From positions 41,912,001 through 41,976,000 of the forward strand of contig NC_059435.1 of NCBI RefSeq assembly GCF_021028975.2: a stretch of 64,000 bases of DNA, read 5' to 3'. Shown here piece after piece: positions 36,621-49,065 of this stretch; positions within the stretch are counted from its first letter, which is position 1; each line of letters starts with the position of its first letter. A program made the translations under genes and the position numbers. The stretch comes from Sphaerodactylus townsendi. Its lineage: Eukaryota. Under the pieces are notes generated by a model. It was not told the DNA's origin. It saw only the letters and a list, made by a program, of their open reading frames with translations, and ran no database searches.

Positions 36621-37289
36621 GTTAACATCTAGATCTCTCCGCCCCCCCCCCCGCCCCCACTCCCAACATTACCAAAAACAGTCAAGATCCCCTTAGTGTG
36701 GCAAGTTCTATGGCTGAAACTGGATCCAGAACATAAACACCATCTTGGTATTTTAAATGGAATGTTTATTATTTATTATTTTATGTGAATGTTTCCACGT
36801 TTCCATGCCGCCCCGAGCCTAAAAGGGGAGGAGCTGCATATTAAATTTAATAAAAATCTAGATGTGTAGTCTGTAGCAGCAAACTAAGTCAGGAAAGACT
36901 AAAAATCATTACAGAGGCTTTTTAAGCTGTACCTGCGTTAGGCTGATTGCATAACTGACCCAATGCCAAACAAACCTCTCCTAGCTGCATCTCTTGGAAA
37001 CGGATTGTTATACAGGAGCAGAGGTCATGTTCCTCGCTGGGCCGGTTGCTTCAGAAAAGCGACTGAGAGGCCCACGAAATCAACGGAGACACATCCCGCC
37101 TGTTAAGTTTGGTGTGGATCATCCATCAAAATAACTATGGCAATTTCTGTTCAAAAACCAGAACTGAAATTCGATTGAAATCCGTCTGGATAATAAATCT
37201 TTCCGTTATCCCTCGTGTCAGATTTTTAATAAATTATTATAATATAAAGATATAAAGACTTTTCAACAACATCCACGGCTGTAAACTTC

Positions 37290-38540
37290 GAGAAGAGCGC
37301 CGCAATTTTTTAATACCGCAGTAATTAATACGCATTACGAGAAGCCGTTTCCCACACTTGCTACACGCGACCGACAGCAAGAGAATGGCCGTCATTGCGC
37401 TTGCGCCAACCCACTCCCCGCAGCTTCGTCCTTTGTGGCGGCAGAACCTCCATTGTGACTCAAGGGGCGGGGCATTCGTGTGGGCCCGCCCCTCGAGTAG
37501 TGTCGGGCGCAGACCTGAGTGACTGGGGCGCCATTTTGCGCTGCCGCCACCGGAGGACAGTTGGCGGTTTGGGCGCGTTGCCGGAAGGGAGGTTGACCTC
37601 GCTGCTTCTCCTCATCCAAATTCCCGCTGGTCGACCCGTGGTGGTATCAACGTGCAGACATGAGCGACGTGGAGGAAAACAACTTCGAGGGGAGGGTGAG
37701 TAGTGAGCGGCTCTGTCCGGGCCGCGGTGTCGGAGCCCCCGGCCTGTGATCCTGAGGGTATTAAGTAGGCGAAGCGCAAAACGTTTAGCCTCCACGCAGG
37801 GCGTTGGGCGGGAAAGGCGGCATCCAGGGAGGCGCTGTCGGCTCTCTTAAACGATTTCGAGAGGCCGCCCAGTCTTCTGACGAGCTGGCTTTATTTTCCT
37901 TTATTGTAGTTACTACTACTTACAGCCTCTGCCCTGGAATCCCCTTGTTATTGTTCTCTGGCCACCCCTTCCCATGCTTGGACTCTGCAGCCCACACGAC
38001 CCTTCGCACTCCCGGCCCCGTGCTTAGCTTCCCGGTGGCCTCCCCGCCCCAAATCGTGGCTGCAAAGGGGATTCCGCACAGCAGATTTATAACGAGTTGC
38101 AATCGCTATAAATCTTCTGTGCGGAATGATCTTAAGTCCTGCTATGATCTTGTGCCCTGGTCGGCTGCTGACCGTCCTCTGCCTGAGTCAGTTCTCCCTC
38201 ACTCCCCATTTTCGCTGCCTTCCTTCTCCCCCCACCCCCTTCCAGTGTCTTCTCAAGCTTCCTACTAGCCGACGTGAGTTTATGTGTTGGGTTGGCGGGG
38301 GTGGGATCACGGACGGTCGTTGTAGATCATGCAGCGGGGACGAGGAAGCTGGCTGCTTGTGGAAGAAAAAGTCGGATGCTGTGCCCTTCTGGGGGCAAAG
38401 GGTCGCGCTGTCGCCGCTGGGGTCTGCGAGATAAGAGGAGCTGCCTCTGCACAGGCTCCTGGGACCTTCAGCGTGATTTGTGGGTTGCTCCTCACATGCC
38501 TGAATCAGTTTTTTGTTCTGTGTCGGGCGTTAAGTAAGGT
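37290..38540 (+). promoter_or_regulatory. TRA2A CpG-island promoter spanning exon 1
   Basis: Dense CpG. NRF1-like TGCGCTTGCGC 37396-37406, AP-1 TGACTCA 37456-37462, GC box GGGGCGGGGC 37464-37473, YY1 CGCCATTTT 37529-37537, ETS CCGGAAG 37581-37587. Confidence 0.85.
37660..37695 (+). CDS. TRA2A: TRA2A coding exon 1
   Basis: ATG AGC GAC GTG GAG GAA AAC AAC TTC GAG GGG AGG|gtgagt = MSDVEENNFEGR, the N-terminus typical of TRA2A rather than TRA2B. Confidence 0.97.
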
Positions 38541-40426
38541 ATGATCACCGCAGACATTTTTGTTTCTATGTATATGTTAACAGTTACAATGAATGAGAGG
38601 CATATATGGTGCATGTATGTAATTCCCACCCACTACTCCAGTCTGCACTGTCCTGTCCTTATCACAGGTTTTTTTTTTATTGTGAGTTTTTTTTAACTTT
38701 CAGAAAATCTTCAAATTGTCCCTTCAGAAAAGGAAGATTGCTGTAATGGTTCTGAGACATTATGTTTTAAATAGTGCTGGGATTGCTGAGTGGAGAAAAT
38801 ATCTTGAGTGTAATTTTATTTCGTAGGTCACTTCTAGGGGAGTTTTTCTGACTTTCTGTGTGGGTGTGAAGCAGCATAAGCAAATTTTTATGGAATTAAA
38901 AAAGATGGGAAGGAATTTAATGTTTATTTTCAAAACACTTGTGTGTTTGTAGTTTTTCATAGTTTGTAACTTCCCCATCATATCTGGGGAGTACAAATGG
39001 AAAACTTCATTGAACACTGGTGTCTGGGAATACTTTTACTAGCCGCACTGATTATACACATGGCGTTTGATTGCTGAGATGAATGTTATTTCCAGGGAAT
39101 ATGGCTATTATTGGCAGGCTGCAGAGTATTTTGAGAAATTTTAATGAATTGTATTTTATTTGTATTTTGTCCTTCCTTCAATGTGTTCAGAGCAGTGTAT
39201 GTTTTATCTTCCCAACAGTTGTTCTGGGAGGTAGGTTTAAGCTGATTGTTTTAAAGTCACCGAGTTAGCAAAATTGAGAATTGAATTTGGTCTTCCCTGT
39301 CCTAGGCTGATAGTTACACAACTTTGGCTATAAGTTACATTCAAATGCTATAAATTGAACACTAACCCTAAGCATAATATGTCGAAGTAATAAATGTCAC
39401 TAGTTCAGTTAACAAAAAGTAGGTTGGAATGCGGTTGCAATAATGTTTCTCTTGGGAACAGGAAATACATTAAATGTAGAATCCTGTTGGTAAAGGTAAT
39501 TTTTATGGAACCAGTCAGTAATGCAGTAGCAGTACATGTGTGTTAAGTGCCATCAAGTTGCACCTGACTTTTTGCAATCCAGCAAGGTTTTCAAACCAAG
39601 GAGGGACTAACAGAGGTGCTTTGCCATTGCCTTCCTTCTGCATAACGATCCTGATATTCTGATGAGATCAGGCTAGCTGGGTGTACCAATGTTAATTCAT
39701 TAGATTAAGAGTTAGTATCTGTTTTTAAACAACAGGCTTGATTTAGTAGTTCTTCATCAGCGTTTCCCTACATAATACTGTATTTGGTGGCATGGGTGGG
39801 AAGTGCTGTCAAGTCATAGCTGACTTACAGATTTTCAAGGCAAGTGATGTTTGGAGCTGATTTGCTGTTGCCTGCCTCTTGGTAACCTGTGTTCAAATCC
39901 CTACTTTGCCATGAAAGTGCTAGATAACTGTATTAGTCACATACTCTCAGCTTAACCTACCATGGAGATGTGCTGAGAATAAAATGAAGGTAAGAACATT
40001 GTCAGTTGCTTTTGATCCTAATTGAGAAGAAAAATGGGGTATACATTAAATAAATAAAGCAAAACTGTCCAAAGAGTTCAGTATAATTAAAAATTTTAAT
40101 GGCTACTTGAAAAAGGTAATGCCTCAGACTCCAAATAGTATTTTAGTGGTGGCAAAAACCACCTCAGCATCTCTCGAAATTTATTGAAACTTCACTCTAA
40201 GTAGTACTTTCTGAAGTATGATGACCAAGGAGTACCATTTTCTGTAAATCTGATGGGTAGAGTTGAGGATGGTGTGGGTGAGCAGCATAAGTTTAAAAAT
40301 AAATATATAGTTGGCCCTAAATAATAGTTAAGCACAAACAGAAAGGGGAAGAAAAAACATCAACCCAGAAACAACAGGTAACCAAAAAGGTTGAATAGTT
40401 GCACTTTATGGGGTGTGTATCTAACG

Positions 40427-40574
40427 CAGGGGTAGGGAACCTGCGGCTCTCCAGATGTTCAGGAACTACAATTCCCATCAGCCCCTACCAGCATGGCCAA
40501 TTGGCCATGCTGACAGAGGCTGATGGGAATTGTAGTTCCTGAACATCTGGAGAGCCGCAGGTTCCCTACCCCTG
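40427..40574. mobile_element. Palindromic hAT-like MITE (family B variant, 148 bp)
   Basis: CAGGGGTAGGGAACCTGCGGCTCTCC ... GGAGAGCCGCAGGTTCCCTACCCCTG, a near-perfect palindrome. Confidence 0.85.
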
Positions 40575-43187
40575 AACGGTTTATACCACTGAGAAGGGCC
40601 TATAGGCTGAAACGCTTTTGGTTTTAAGGATATTTCTTATTTACAGTGTATTAAGGCTTTGTCTAATTTTTGTGTGTAACTCATTGTTCTGTCTGTTATT
40701 AGTTTTTGTCAACTTTTTTGGTTATCTGAGTATTTGTTTACAGGACTGGAAAATTCCATGTGGCTGAATGTTGGATGCATAGGGGCTTGGAATTGTCTGC
40801 AGATCTGTGCTTACAGTATTTCACAAAAAACTCTTTCCAATAGTGAATATATTTCTTAAGCTCACAAGTGCCTTTAAGGCAAAGGAAGTGGCTATAAAGG
40901 ATTTAAAACTTGCTTCAACTTTTGTTTTCAGCCAAGTTTTTGTATGTCTCAAAAGTTTTTGTCTTTTGCTGCCCTTTTTGATTCCCTTTCCCTCCTGATA
41001 TCTCCTCAGAGAAAGAAAGAAGGTGAAAAGAGAGGGAGAGGAAGCACACAGTACTTCTTTAAATATATAAGTAGCCCAAAGCAGGCAGAAATATTGTTAT
41101 ATGACAAATAAGGCTAGAGTATTCTTAAAAACTGAAATCAGATATACTGCTGGTTTCTGTTTATAGGTTTGACCAAACCTAGTTTTGGAATTTCAGCTTT
41201 GTTTACCCTGATATGCATATTGATGACATCACACTCCTTACTTTAAGTAAAATAAACCTTTACTTCAAAATAAAACACAGTATATTTAATGAGGCTTTAT
41301 CCCAGGGAAGTATGCATAGGATTGCAGTAGCTGAACCACTGAGTTCACATCTCATTTATTGTAAACTTGTGCCTAAGCTTTTTCGAATTAAAGATACAAA
41401 TCTGCAACTATTTTTTATTCACATTTTCAGAAAACAAGTAGGAAAAAAAAGTATTGAAAGCAGCCCTGAAATAAGTATGCATACTTATGTCCCCACTGGA
41501 TGAGGCAGGTCAGATATTTCTGTTCAAAATGCAAAATGGTAAATAGTCCTTGGTGATAGTTATTTGATTGACTAATCTTTGTTCTATTAATTCCAGAACT
41601 CTTTTAGACTTGTTCTTTTGGAAAGGCAGTGCCTTATTTGCCTTGTCCAGTGTGGAAATATTGCAGGGATTTGTAGTTCATACTTACTTTAAGGCTGCTT
41701 TCAGAGCCACTTCTTTCTGGTTGAAGTTGTATGGTATCTCAAACAGGTTACTTGATCTCTTTAATGCTAGGAGATAACATTACTATTTCCATAATAGAAT
41801 AAAACTTGATAAGAATGAAAACTGCTTTACTGTTCTGTCTTATTCAATCTCTGAGCAACTCAAATTTAATCAGTAAAGCCTTTCAGGCTGAAAGAAAGGG
41901 AAATACTCTGAGCCACTTAGCAAATTGTATGGCTGAAGCATTTTGGATTTGGATCTTGAGTTACCAGGGTCTAAACCAGGAAATCTTTCCAGTGTCAGAG
42001 CTCTGCCTTGTAACAAGTCAGAGCCTCCCCTTCCTAGTTAATAGTTCTTTAGATTTTTTTTAATCACTTAAGAGAAATTGTAGTGTTGTCTAGTCAGAAG
42101 TATTTGGAAAAAATGATTTGTAATCTTCTTGAAAGATGTTTATCAAAATAATAGCCAATCAATTTCAAAATGGCCATTGTAGGTTGTTGGTATCAAAGCA
42201 GTATATAAAAATACTTTTTTAAAGACTCACTGCTCTGCAATTAGAATGTATGATGGGGAAAATATTTTAATGATGAGGCATGGTTTTATTCAAAGAGACT
42301 TGACAAGCATCCCAGAGATCTTTTGTGTAGTGACTTTTATCTATCATATTGATAGTACTTCCCATCTTGTTTGTCAAGACATAATCATAAACCATAGATG
42401 AGTTTTCAGGATTTGCTAATTCATTGCTTTTGGTAGCTTAGAGGCTATTCCATTTTTTTCTTGAGTCCCTGAAGAGCAGGTCAAATAACTAAACATTCAT
42501 TAGAGCAGTTTAACCTTGTCCTTACTATCACAAATGTTTATCCCTTTGAATATTTTAGAGCCTTGGGAGCCATCTAATATTTTTGGTTTTGCCAGAGTCT
42601 TTGTTCCCACAAGTCCTCCATGATGCAAAGAAATTCAGGGGTGCAGGCTTTTAAACTGTGGTGTGATTAGGCTGGTAGTTGCCAGGAAGAGATTCAATGT
42701 TGCCAGTGACAGCTTCCCTCTTGGGGATCCTGGAATATTTGACAGCTCCACCTCAGAACTCAATTGAAACTCTCCTGTGTGTGCTACAGCCTTGAACTGC
42801 CTTTCATTAAGTCAGGCCATTGGTCCATCTAGCCTAGGATTGTTTACGGTGGCTGACTGGTTTTCAGGGTCATGCTAATTCTATTCATGCTACCAGAATT
42901 CCTTTTGCTTAGACAAGCCAGTGTCTTAACTTGGGGACTAACATGCAAAGCATGTGCTGTGGTATCTACCACATTATCGATTTAGGTATTTGTACACATC
43001 AAAAACAACACTTATTCAACAGGGGAAATGCTGAGTAGCTGAAAGGGACTGATTCACACACTTCCTTAATATTGTATGGTTTCTTAAGAAGGTTTTATGA
43101 TTCATTACTGCAGTCCCTTCTGTTGGTGGCATTATCTGTTGTACAGTGGCATTCAAAACTTATAGTGCCTAGCAGTATACCATAAAC

Positions 43188-43657
43188 CAGGGGTCAGCAA
43201 CCCGTGGCTCCGAAGCCACATGTGATTCTTTCATCCTTATACCACGGCTTCCTCGTCTGGTGCCTGGGAAGGAGGGGAAAGGAAGGTAGGAGGGGGCGGG
43301 GAAGGAGGTGCGCTCACTGCGTTCCAAGTGCAACTTGCCATCATTGGCTTCGCCGCTACTGTCTATCCCGCCTGCTAGGGCGGGATAGACAGCAGCAGCG
43401 ACGGCAAGTTGCACTAGGGATGCAGCGAGCGTGCCTCCTTCCCCGCCCCCTCCTTCCTCCGGCATCCTTTCCCCTCCTTCCCTCTTCTGGCGCCTGCTGT
43501 CACCTGCCTGGCTGGGGGCGCCCTCTGTTAGTGCAGCTGCCCCTGCAACTTACTCTGTCCGTCAGCTTGCATGGCTGGCTTGCAGGCTGAAGGCGGAGCG
43601 GGGGGGGGCTTGGGGAGGTGGGGCCATGGCTCTTTGGGTGTTAAAGGTGCTGACCTT
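43188..43657. mobile_element. hAT (Charlie-like) non-autonomous element, 470 bp, with 8-bp TSD
   Basis: TSD CCATAAAC at 43180-43187 and 43658-43665. Left TIR CAGGGGTCAGCAACC, degenerate right TIR GGTGCTGACCTT. CpG-rich internal hairpin. Confidence 0.8.
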
Positions 43658-44762
43658 CCATAAACTGTTTCTTTCCTAGAGGTATGCTTATTAAACTTGT
43701 GTATGAGAAGGCCACCAGAAGAACTGAGAATTCTTACATTAAAGTACATACATTGAAAGCTTTGCAGCTTTTCTTTGCAGAGACACAAACTGTGTGAAAC
43801 TAGGGAAAGTGTAATTTAGAAAGACTACCAAGTGACTGCACTAATGTTAGAATCAAAAACTGGCTATGAAACAGTGTTTGAAGAAATAGCATTTCTAAAA
43901 AGATACATTAGCACTTTTCATCGACTAAAGATTAATGTGAATATAAAGGAAGAAGATTGTTGTGTAATGTAGCTTAATTCATATTCTTCCTAATGTACAT
44001 ATAATGACAATTCGAGTATATTGAGTCCTAAAACTATGGGTAAGATTATTTTTAGGGAAATTCTATTCCTTTGCTTGTGTTGTGACTGTTTTACTTAGGT
44101 GTGCAAATGTATACACCACATAAACTTTTTCTGTATTTGATGAATTTATTGCCATGGCTTGAAAGGCATACTGCCTACTGTCCTGTGGATTATTTGACAC
44201 ATGCACCACAGTTGATGTAATTTCTGTTGTAGAGCAATAATCTTAGCTAGGTTTTTTTCATTGTACAAATTTCATCATTTTTTTTATTCAATTGGTAATG
44301 TTCGGAAATAAATTTGCAGCTGGAATGTTAAGATCAAACATCTCTCTAGCCTGGATCCAAAGAACCACAGTGATGGTTTCTCATTAGACTTGTTTGTCTT
44401 TTATCTACTGTTCCCTATTCTGTCTGGTAAATCTCTAAAAAGGTGGCTATTCCACTGGACCTAAAGTAGTTCTGTGGATCCTGGTGTATACTTTTTGCTG
44501 CATTTTGACAATGCTATACTTGAGTCAACATTTATGTGTGTGTGTGCGCATATCTTACAGAACTGAAATGAGATAAAGATTAGGGAGCAGAATAGATATA
44601 GAACATTTGAAAAATGCAGTAGGAAATCAGTGGACTAATTACTAGAGCCTATATGATTACACCATACGTTCTAAAAATTGCTTTTATAAACTAGTTATTT
44701 GCACTTTACCTGCTGGCTATTCTATTTTGATAGATAAAATTCTGAAACTCCAGCAGAGTTTT

Positions 44763-45199
44763 NNNNNNNNNNNNNNNNNNNNNNNNNNNNNNNNNNNNNN
44801 NNNNNNNNNNNNNNNNNNNNNNNNNNNNNNNNNNNNNNNNNNNNNNNNNNNNNNNNNNNNNNNNNNNNNNNNNNNNNNNNNNNNNNNNNNNNNNNNNNNN
44901 NNNNNNNNNNNNNNNNNNNNNNNNNNNNNNNNNNNNNNNNNNNNNNNNNNNNNNNNNNNNNNNNNNNNNNNNNNNNNNNNNGAATTATTTGAATTGGGGA
45001 AGAATACACGAAGTATGAAAAATGAAAAAATGAAGAATGAAGAAAAGTAGAAAGCAAGANNNNNNNNNNNNNNNNNNNNNNNNNNNNNNNNNNNNNNNNN
45101 NNNNNNNNNNNNNNNNNNNNNNNNNNNNNNNNNNNNNNNNNNNNNNNNNNNNNNNNNNNNNNNNNNNNNNNNNNNNNNNNNNNNNNNNNNNNNNNNNNN
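44763..45199 (+). other. TRA2A: Two N-runs (44763-44981, 219 N; 45060-45199, 140 N) around a 78-nt GAA-rich island; probable site of the TRA2A poison (NMD) exon
   Basis: Island gaattatttgaattggggaagaatacacgaagtatgaaaaatgaaaaaatgaagaatgaagaaaagtagaaagcaaga has many GAA/AGAA motifs and stops in all 3 frames. It lies just upstream of coding exon 2. Confidence 0.7.
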
Positions 45200-45376
45200 A
45201 GGGAATTATTTGAGGAAATCACACAATATTAACTGGGTTAAACAGAAATTTGTTCTGGAGGGTATTGCCTAACCATTTATCTTTCAGGCACAATCAATAA
45301 AATATAGTTACTTTTAATATAAGAAGGTAGGCATTTATGCAACCAGTACCATTTGTAATACTGTTTTTTTCGTTAG

Positions 45377-45510
45377 GAGACACGCTCCCAGTCAAAATCC
45401 CCAGCTGGGAGCCCTGCTCGTGTAAAATCTGAGAGCAGGTCAGGATCTCATAGCCCATCAAGAGCTTCTAAGCATTCTGAATCACGATCTCGATCAAGAT
45501 CAAAATCCAG
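45377..45510 (+). CDS. TRA2A: TRA2A coding exon 2 (RS1 domain)
   Basis: cgttag|GAG ACA CGC ... AAA TCC AG|gtatgt, 134 nt. Encodes ETRSQSKSPAGSPARVKSESRSGSHSPSRASKHSESRSRSRSKS. Confidence 0.96.
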
Positions 45511-45768
45511 GTATGTGTTTTTGAGCTGTTAAGATTCACTGAACGGCATTCCTAAGCTGACATACGTCTTCCTGTGCATCGTGCTTATTGCAAGGATTTT
45601 ACATCAACTAAAACATGCCAGTTAAAAACACTGCAGTGCTTCACCCTTTTTTCCTTCTCCTGATAAAATGTGTCAAGGGTAGTCAAATACATATTTTATG
45701 ATATCACTCTTACAACTCCTTTGCACAGTTGCAGTTTTCTTGCTCAAACAGTAAATTTCTACATCATG

Positions 45769-46056
45769 GAGGAGGAGGAAGAGGAGAGTTTGGATTTATA
45801 TCCCCCCTTTCTCTCCTGTAGGAAACTCAAAGGGGCTTACAATCTCCTTGCCCTTCCCCCCAATAACAAACATCCTGTGAGGTAGATGGGGCTGAGAGAG
45901 CTCCGAGAAACTGTGACTAGCCCAAACTGGCGTGTGTGGGAGTGTACAGGCTAATCTGAATTCTCCAGATAAGCCTCCACAGCTCAGGCGGCAGAGCGAA
46001 TCAAACCCGGTTCCTCCAGATTAGATACATGAGCTCTTAACCTCCTACACCACTGC
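45769..46056 (-). mobile_element. Young Squam3-like CORE SINE
   Basis: Nearly identical to the 48413 copy, with antisense tRNA head and (CCT/CTT)n tail. Confidence 0.8.
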
Positions 46057-46631
46057 TTATAAAGTATTTTCAACTTGTTCTTTACTCTTATGAAATATTT
46101 TTAGAACATTTTACATATCTTTTTAAAAATATTATTTTTCATTTGAAGAAAGATAGGCTTAGGTATAGTCCCTGTATGTGTGCAACACCTATAAACAGAT
46201 GTTTGTAAAATCCCTGTCCTATATGACATTTCCTAGCATGCCAGAAAGTTCATATGCTGTCGCCCCCGCCAGTCAACAGTGAAACTCTCTAAAGCCACCA
46301 TCCTAAACTGAATATGTTTATTCATTAATGTTATTTATTTGGTGTACAAGGGTCCTATTTGCAGATTTTTATAGTGATTAGTGATTTTGGACTGCACACA
46401 ACATATTCCATCCAGCAATTATGCTGACAACTGAAGTTCAAGTATGCATGCACATATTAATGAGAGATGTTAAAAATACATGCCTATTCAAGTATTTTAT
46501 TTTCATATACTGTTACGATCATATATTCACGGTAGAAATATGAGATAATTCATGGATTTTATTAGATTAATTAGCAAAAATGTAATTTTATCATACATAT
46601 TTGTATATAACTTGAATTTTCTCATTTGAAG

Positions 46632-46791
46632 GTCTAGATCAAGAAGGCATTCTCACAGGCGCTACTCTCGCTCACGATCCCATTCTCATAGAAGAAGATC
46701 ACGAAGCCGGTCCTACACCCCAGAGTATCGTCGCAGAAGGAGCCGCAGTCACTCACCAATGTCTAACCGAAGAAGGCACACTGGTAGCAGA
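46632..46791 (+). CDS. TRA2A: TRA2A coding exon 3 (RS1 domain)
   Basis: tgaag|G TCT AGA ... AGC AGA|gtatgt, 160 nt. Encodes [53 protein letters not shown]. Confidence 0.96.
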
Positions 46792-48412
46792 GTATGTAGT
46801 CAATGTAATAAATGTTCTAAAGAATTGTATTCAAATCCGCAGGGGTACATCATAACAGAAACTAGCCTAGAGTTTCATTGAATATTACTTTATTTTGTGA
46901 TTGTTAGGTGTAACAAGCAGACTTCTGTAGCCGAGGAAACAGACAAAATGTTTGCTCCTTCTGCTTGCTAGATGTAAGGTTCACTGTATTATAGTGGTTA
47001 TAATGTTTGGCTAGGCTCAAAGATACCTGGATTCAAATCCTGACCCAACCAAGAATCTAATTGTGTGACTGTGAGGGTCAGCCTTTTTCTTAACCTACCT
47101 CACAGTGTTATTGTGAGGATAAAATAGAAAAACAGAACCATGTATGCCATTCTGAGTCCCTGGAAAGAAAAGTGGGATGGAATGTTGGTAGAAGACAAGT
47201 AGCACAACTGTTACCATACTGGTTTTTCTCCAGCCAACAGTACACCCAGCAGCTTGAGTACCTATACTTTTTCCCCAGCCAGGGGGACAGGCTGGCTTGT
47301 TGGCCATGCTTTTCCCCTATGTTTGGTTTTGGGGGAAGGGGACAAAATATATGAACAAGTATCATTACTGTACTGTACAGAATTTAATTGTAATGCATAT
47401 ACCAGACACCACACCTTAGACAAGTAATGGGTTCCAGTAAGATCTGTTATTAGTGTATTGATGGGCTGATATATTAAATTTAAAGTCCTCTTTATTTATT
47501 TCATAGCAGAGCTGTGAATTTAAAATGAGGATATCACTATATATTTCTTCACCTTGGAGCAGGCACAAAAGACTCCTTATTTTTCTGGTTATGGAGTGCT
47601 TTCACTTCCTGTTCCATTTAGTTAGTATGTAGAATTTTAATTGCAAGAAATGTCTAATAGGTTGAATTTCACATAAAGACCTAGTAGATCAGATGGATTA
47701 CTGAAAAACAAGAGAGATCTATTGTTCTAGTGAAATGTCCAGTTATTCTGAAATGATCTTTATAGCTTACATCTGCTTCAGAAATTTACTTTCTAAAGTA
47801 AGTTTTAGAAAAGCCTCTGCTGAAGAGAACATCAAAATATGTTTTAAATACTTTCTTATGAAGATGGGTAGAGTCCTTAAAGTTATGTGTTGGCTCCCAA
47901 CAGTCTGATGTCATCTTAGAGTGAAGAGTTCTATGTGCCCACACTAGAGTTATTTTGGGAATGGGAAGGAGCTTGAGAGAATGTGTGACTAATTCTTTCT
48001 ATTATCCAGAAAGTATTTGGAGTACTTTGTGTGGGGTGGTGTTTCCAGAGAAGGAATATCCATTGTGTGCAGCTGTGTTGCCAGAGCCACAGAAGATGGA
48101 GGTTCTCTAGGGTTTAGGCATTAATCTGCACTGCCATCTTCAGATATGTAAAAATGGCTGGCTGCTTCTCCACGTCACGTATTAGGAGAATTAACAAGAT
48201 CCAGTTGCTGCCTGATAGAAGGATGTCCTTGAACAAAATAGTGACCTAAAACATGCAGTTACGTAGCCTACTGCTAGATTATAAAGTTGTGTTTTCAGCT
48301 GCATGAAAATTGAACTATCAAAGTATCAGTGGACATATGTCAAAGGAAATATTCTCATGCTTGATATAGTGTGATATAACTGACAGAAAATGGCTAACCA
48401 GGTATGACCTAT

Positions 48413-48782
48413 GAAGAAGAAGAAGAGGAGTTTGGATTTATATCCCCCCTTTCTCTCCTGCAGGAGACTCAAAGGGGCTTACAATCTCCTTGCCCTTACC
48501 CCCTCAAAACAAACACCCTGTGAGGTAGGTGGGGCTGAGAGAGCTCCGAGAAGCTGTGACTAGCCCAAGGTCACCCAGCTGGCGTGTGTGGGAGTGTACA
48601 GGCTAATCTGAATTCCCCAGATAAGCCTCCACAGCTCAGGCAGCAGAGCTGGGAATCAAACCCGGTTCTTCCAGATTAGAATGCACCTGCTCTTAACCAC
48701 TATGCCACTGCTTCTCTAAGGAGCTTAGGCTCAAAGGCAGTGACTTACACCAGCTCTTAACCTACTATGCCACTGCTGCTCC
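48413..48782 (-). mobile_element. Young Squam3-like CORE SINE with a duplicated head fragment (48751-48782)
   Basis: Reverse complement begins gcagtggcatagtggttaagagc (A box) ... gggtttgattccc (B box), contains CORE gggtgaccttgggctagtcac and ends in a (CTT)n tail. Confidence 0.85.
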
Positions 48783-49065
48783 TGGATGGGAGTACTTTGG
48801 TAGAATGCCCTCTGCATCCCCCTCCCCCCCAGCTCAAGTTTTTTAAATCAATAAACAGGGATGGAATACCTTCCAGTCTCTAAATAAGAATTTGATCCAG
48901 TGGTGGAGTATGTGCAACAGACGTACTTAAATGTCCAGTATACAGTGAGATACAGTATCTCCTTGCCTTTGCACTGTAGAGGACAGGCCATTAGGCAAAT
49001 TTCAGAAATAATTTCAGAATTATTGTAAGCATTCCTGAACTCTTTACTTTTGATTTAATTTTCAG

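Noticed and set aside
37392-38544. Many ORFs of 60-154 aa on both strands
   Set aside because: Expected by-product of the TRA2A CpG island; only 37660-37695 is firmly coding.
44722-45222. 166-aa and 107-aa ORFs
   Set aside because: Artefacts of translating through N-runs.
48655-48717. tRNA gene
   Set aside because: The A/B boxes belong to the SINE head; there is no complete cloverleaf.
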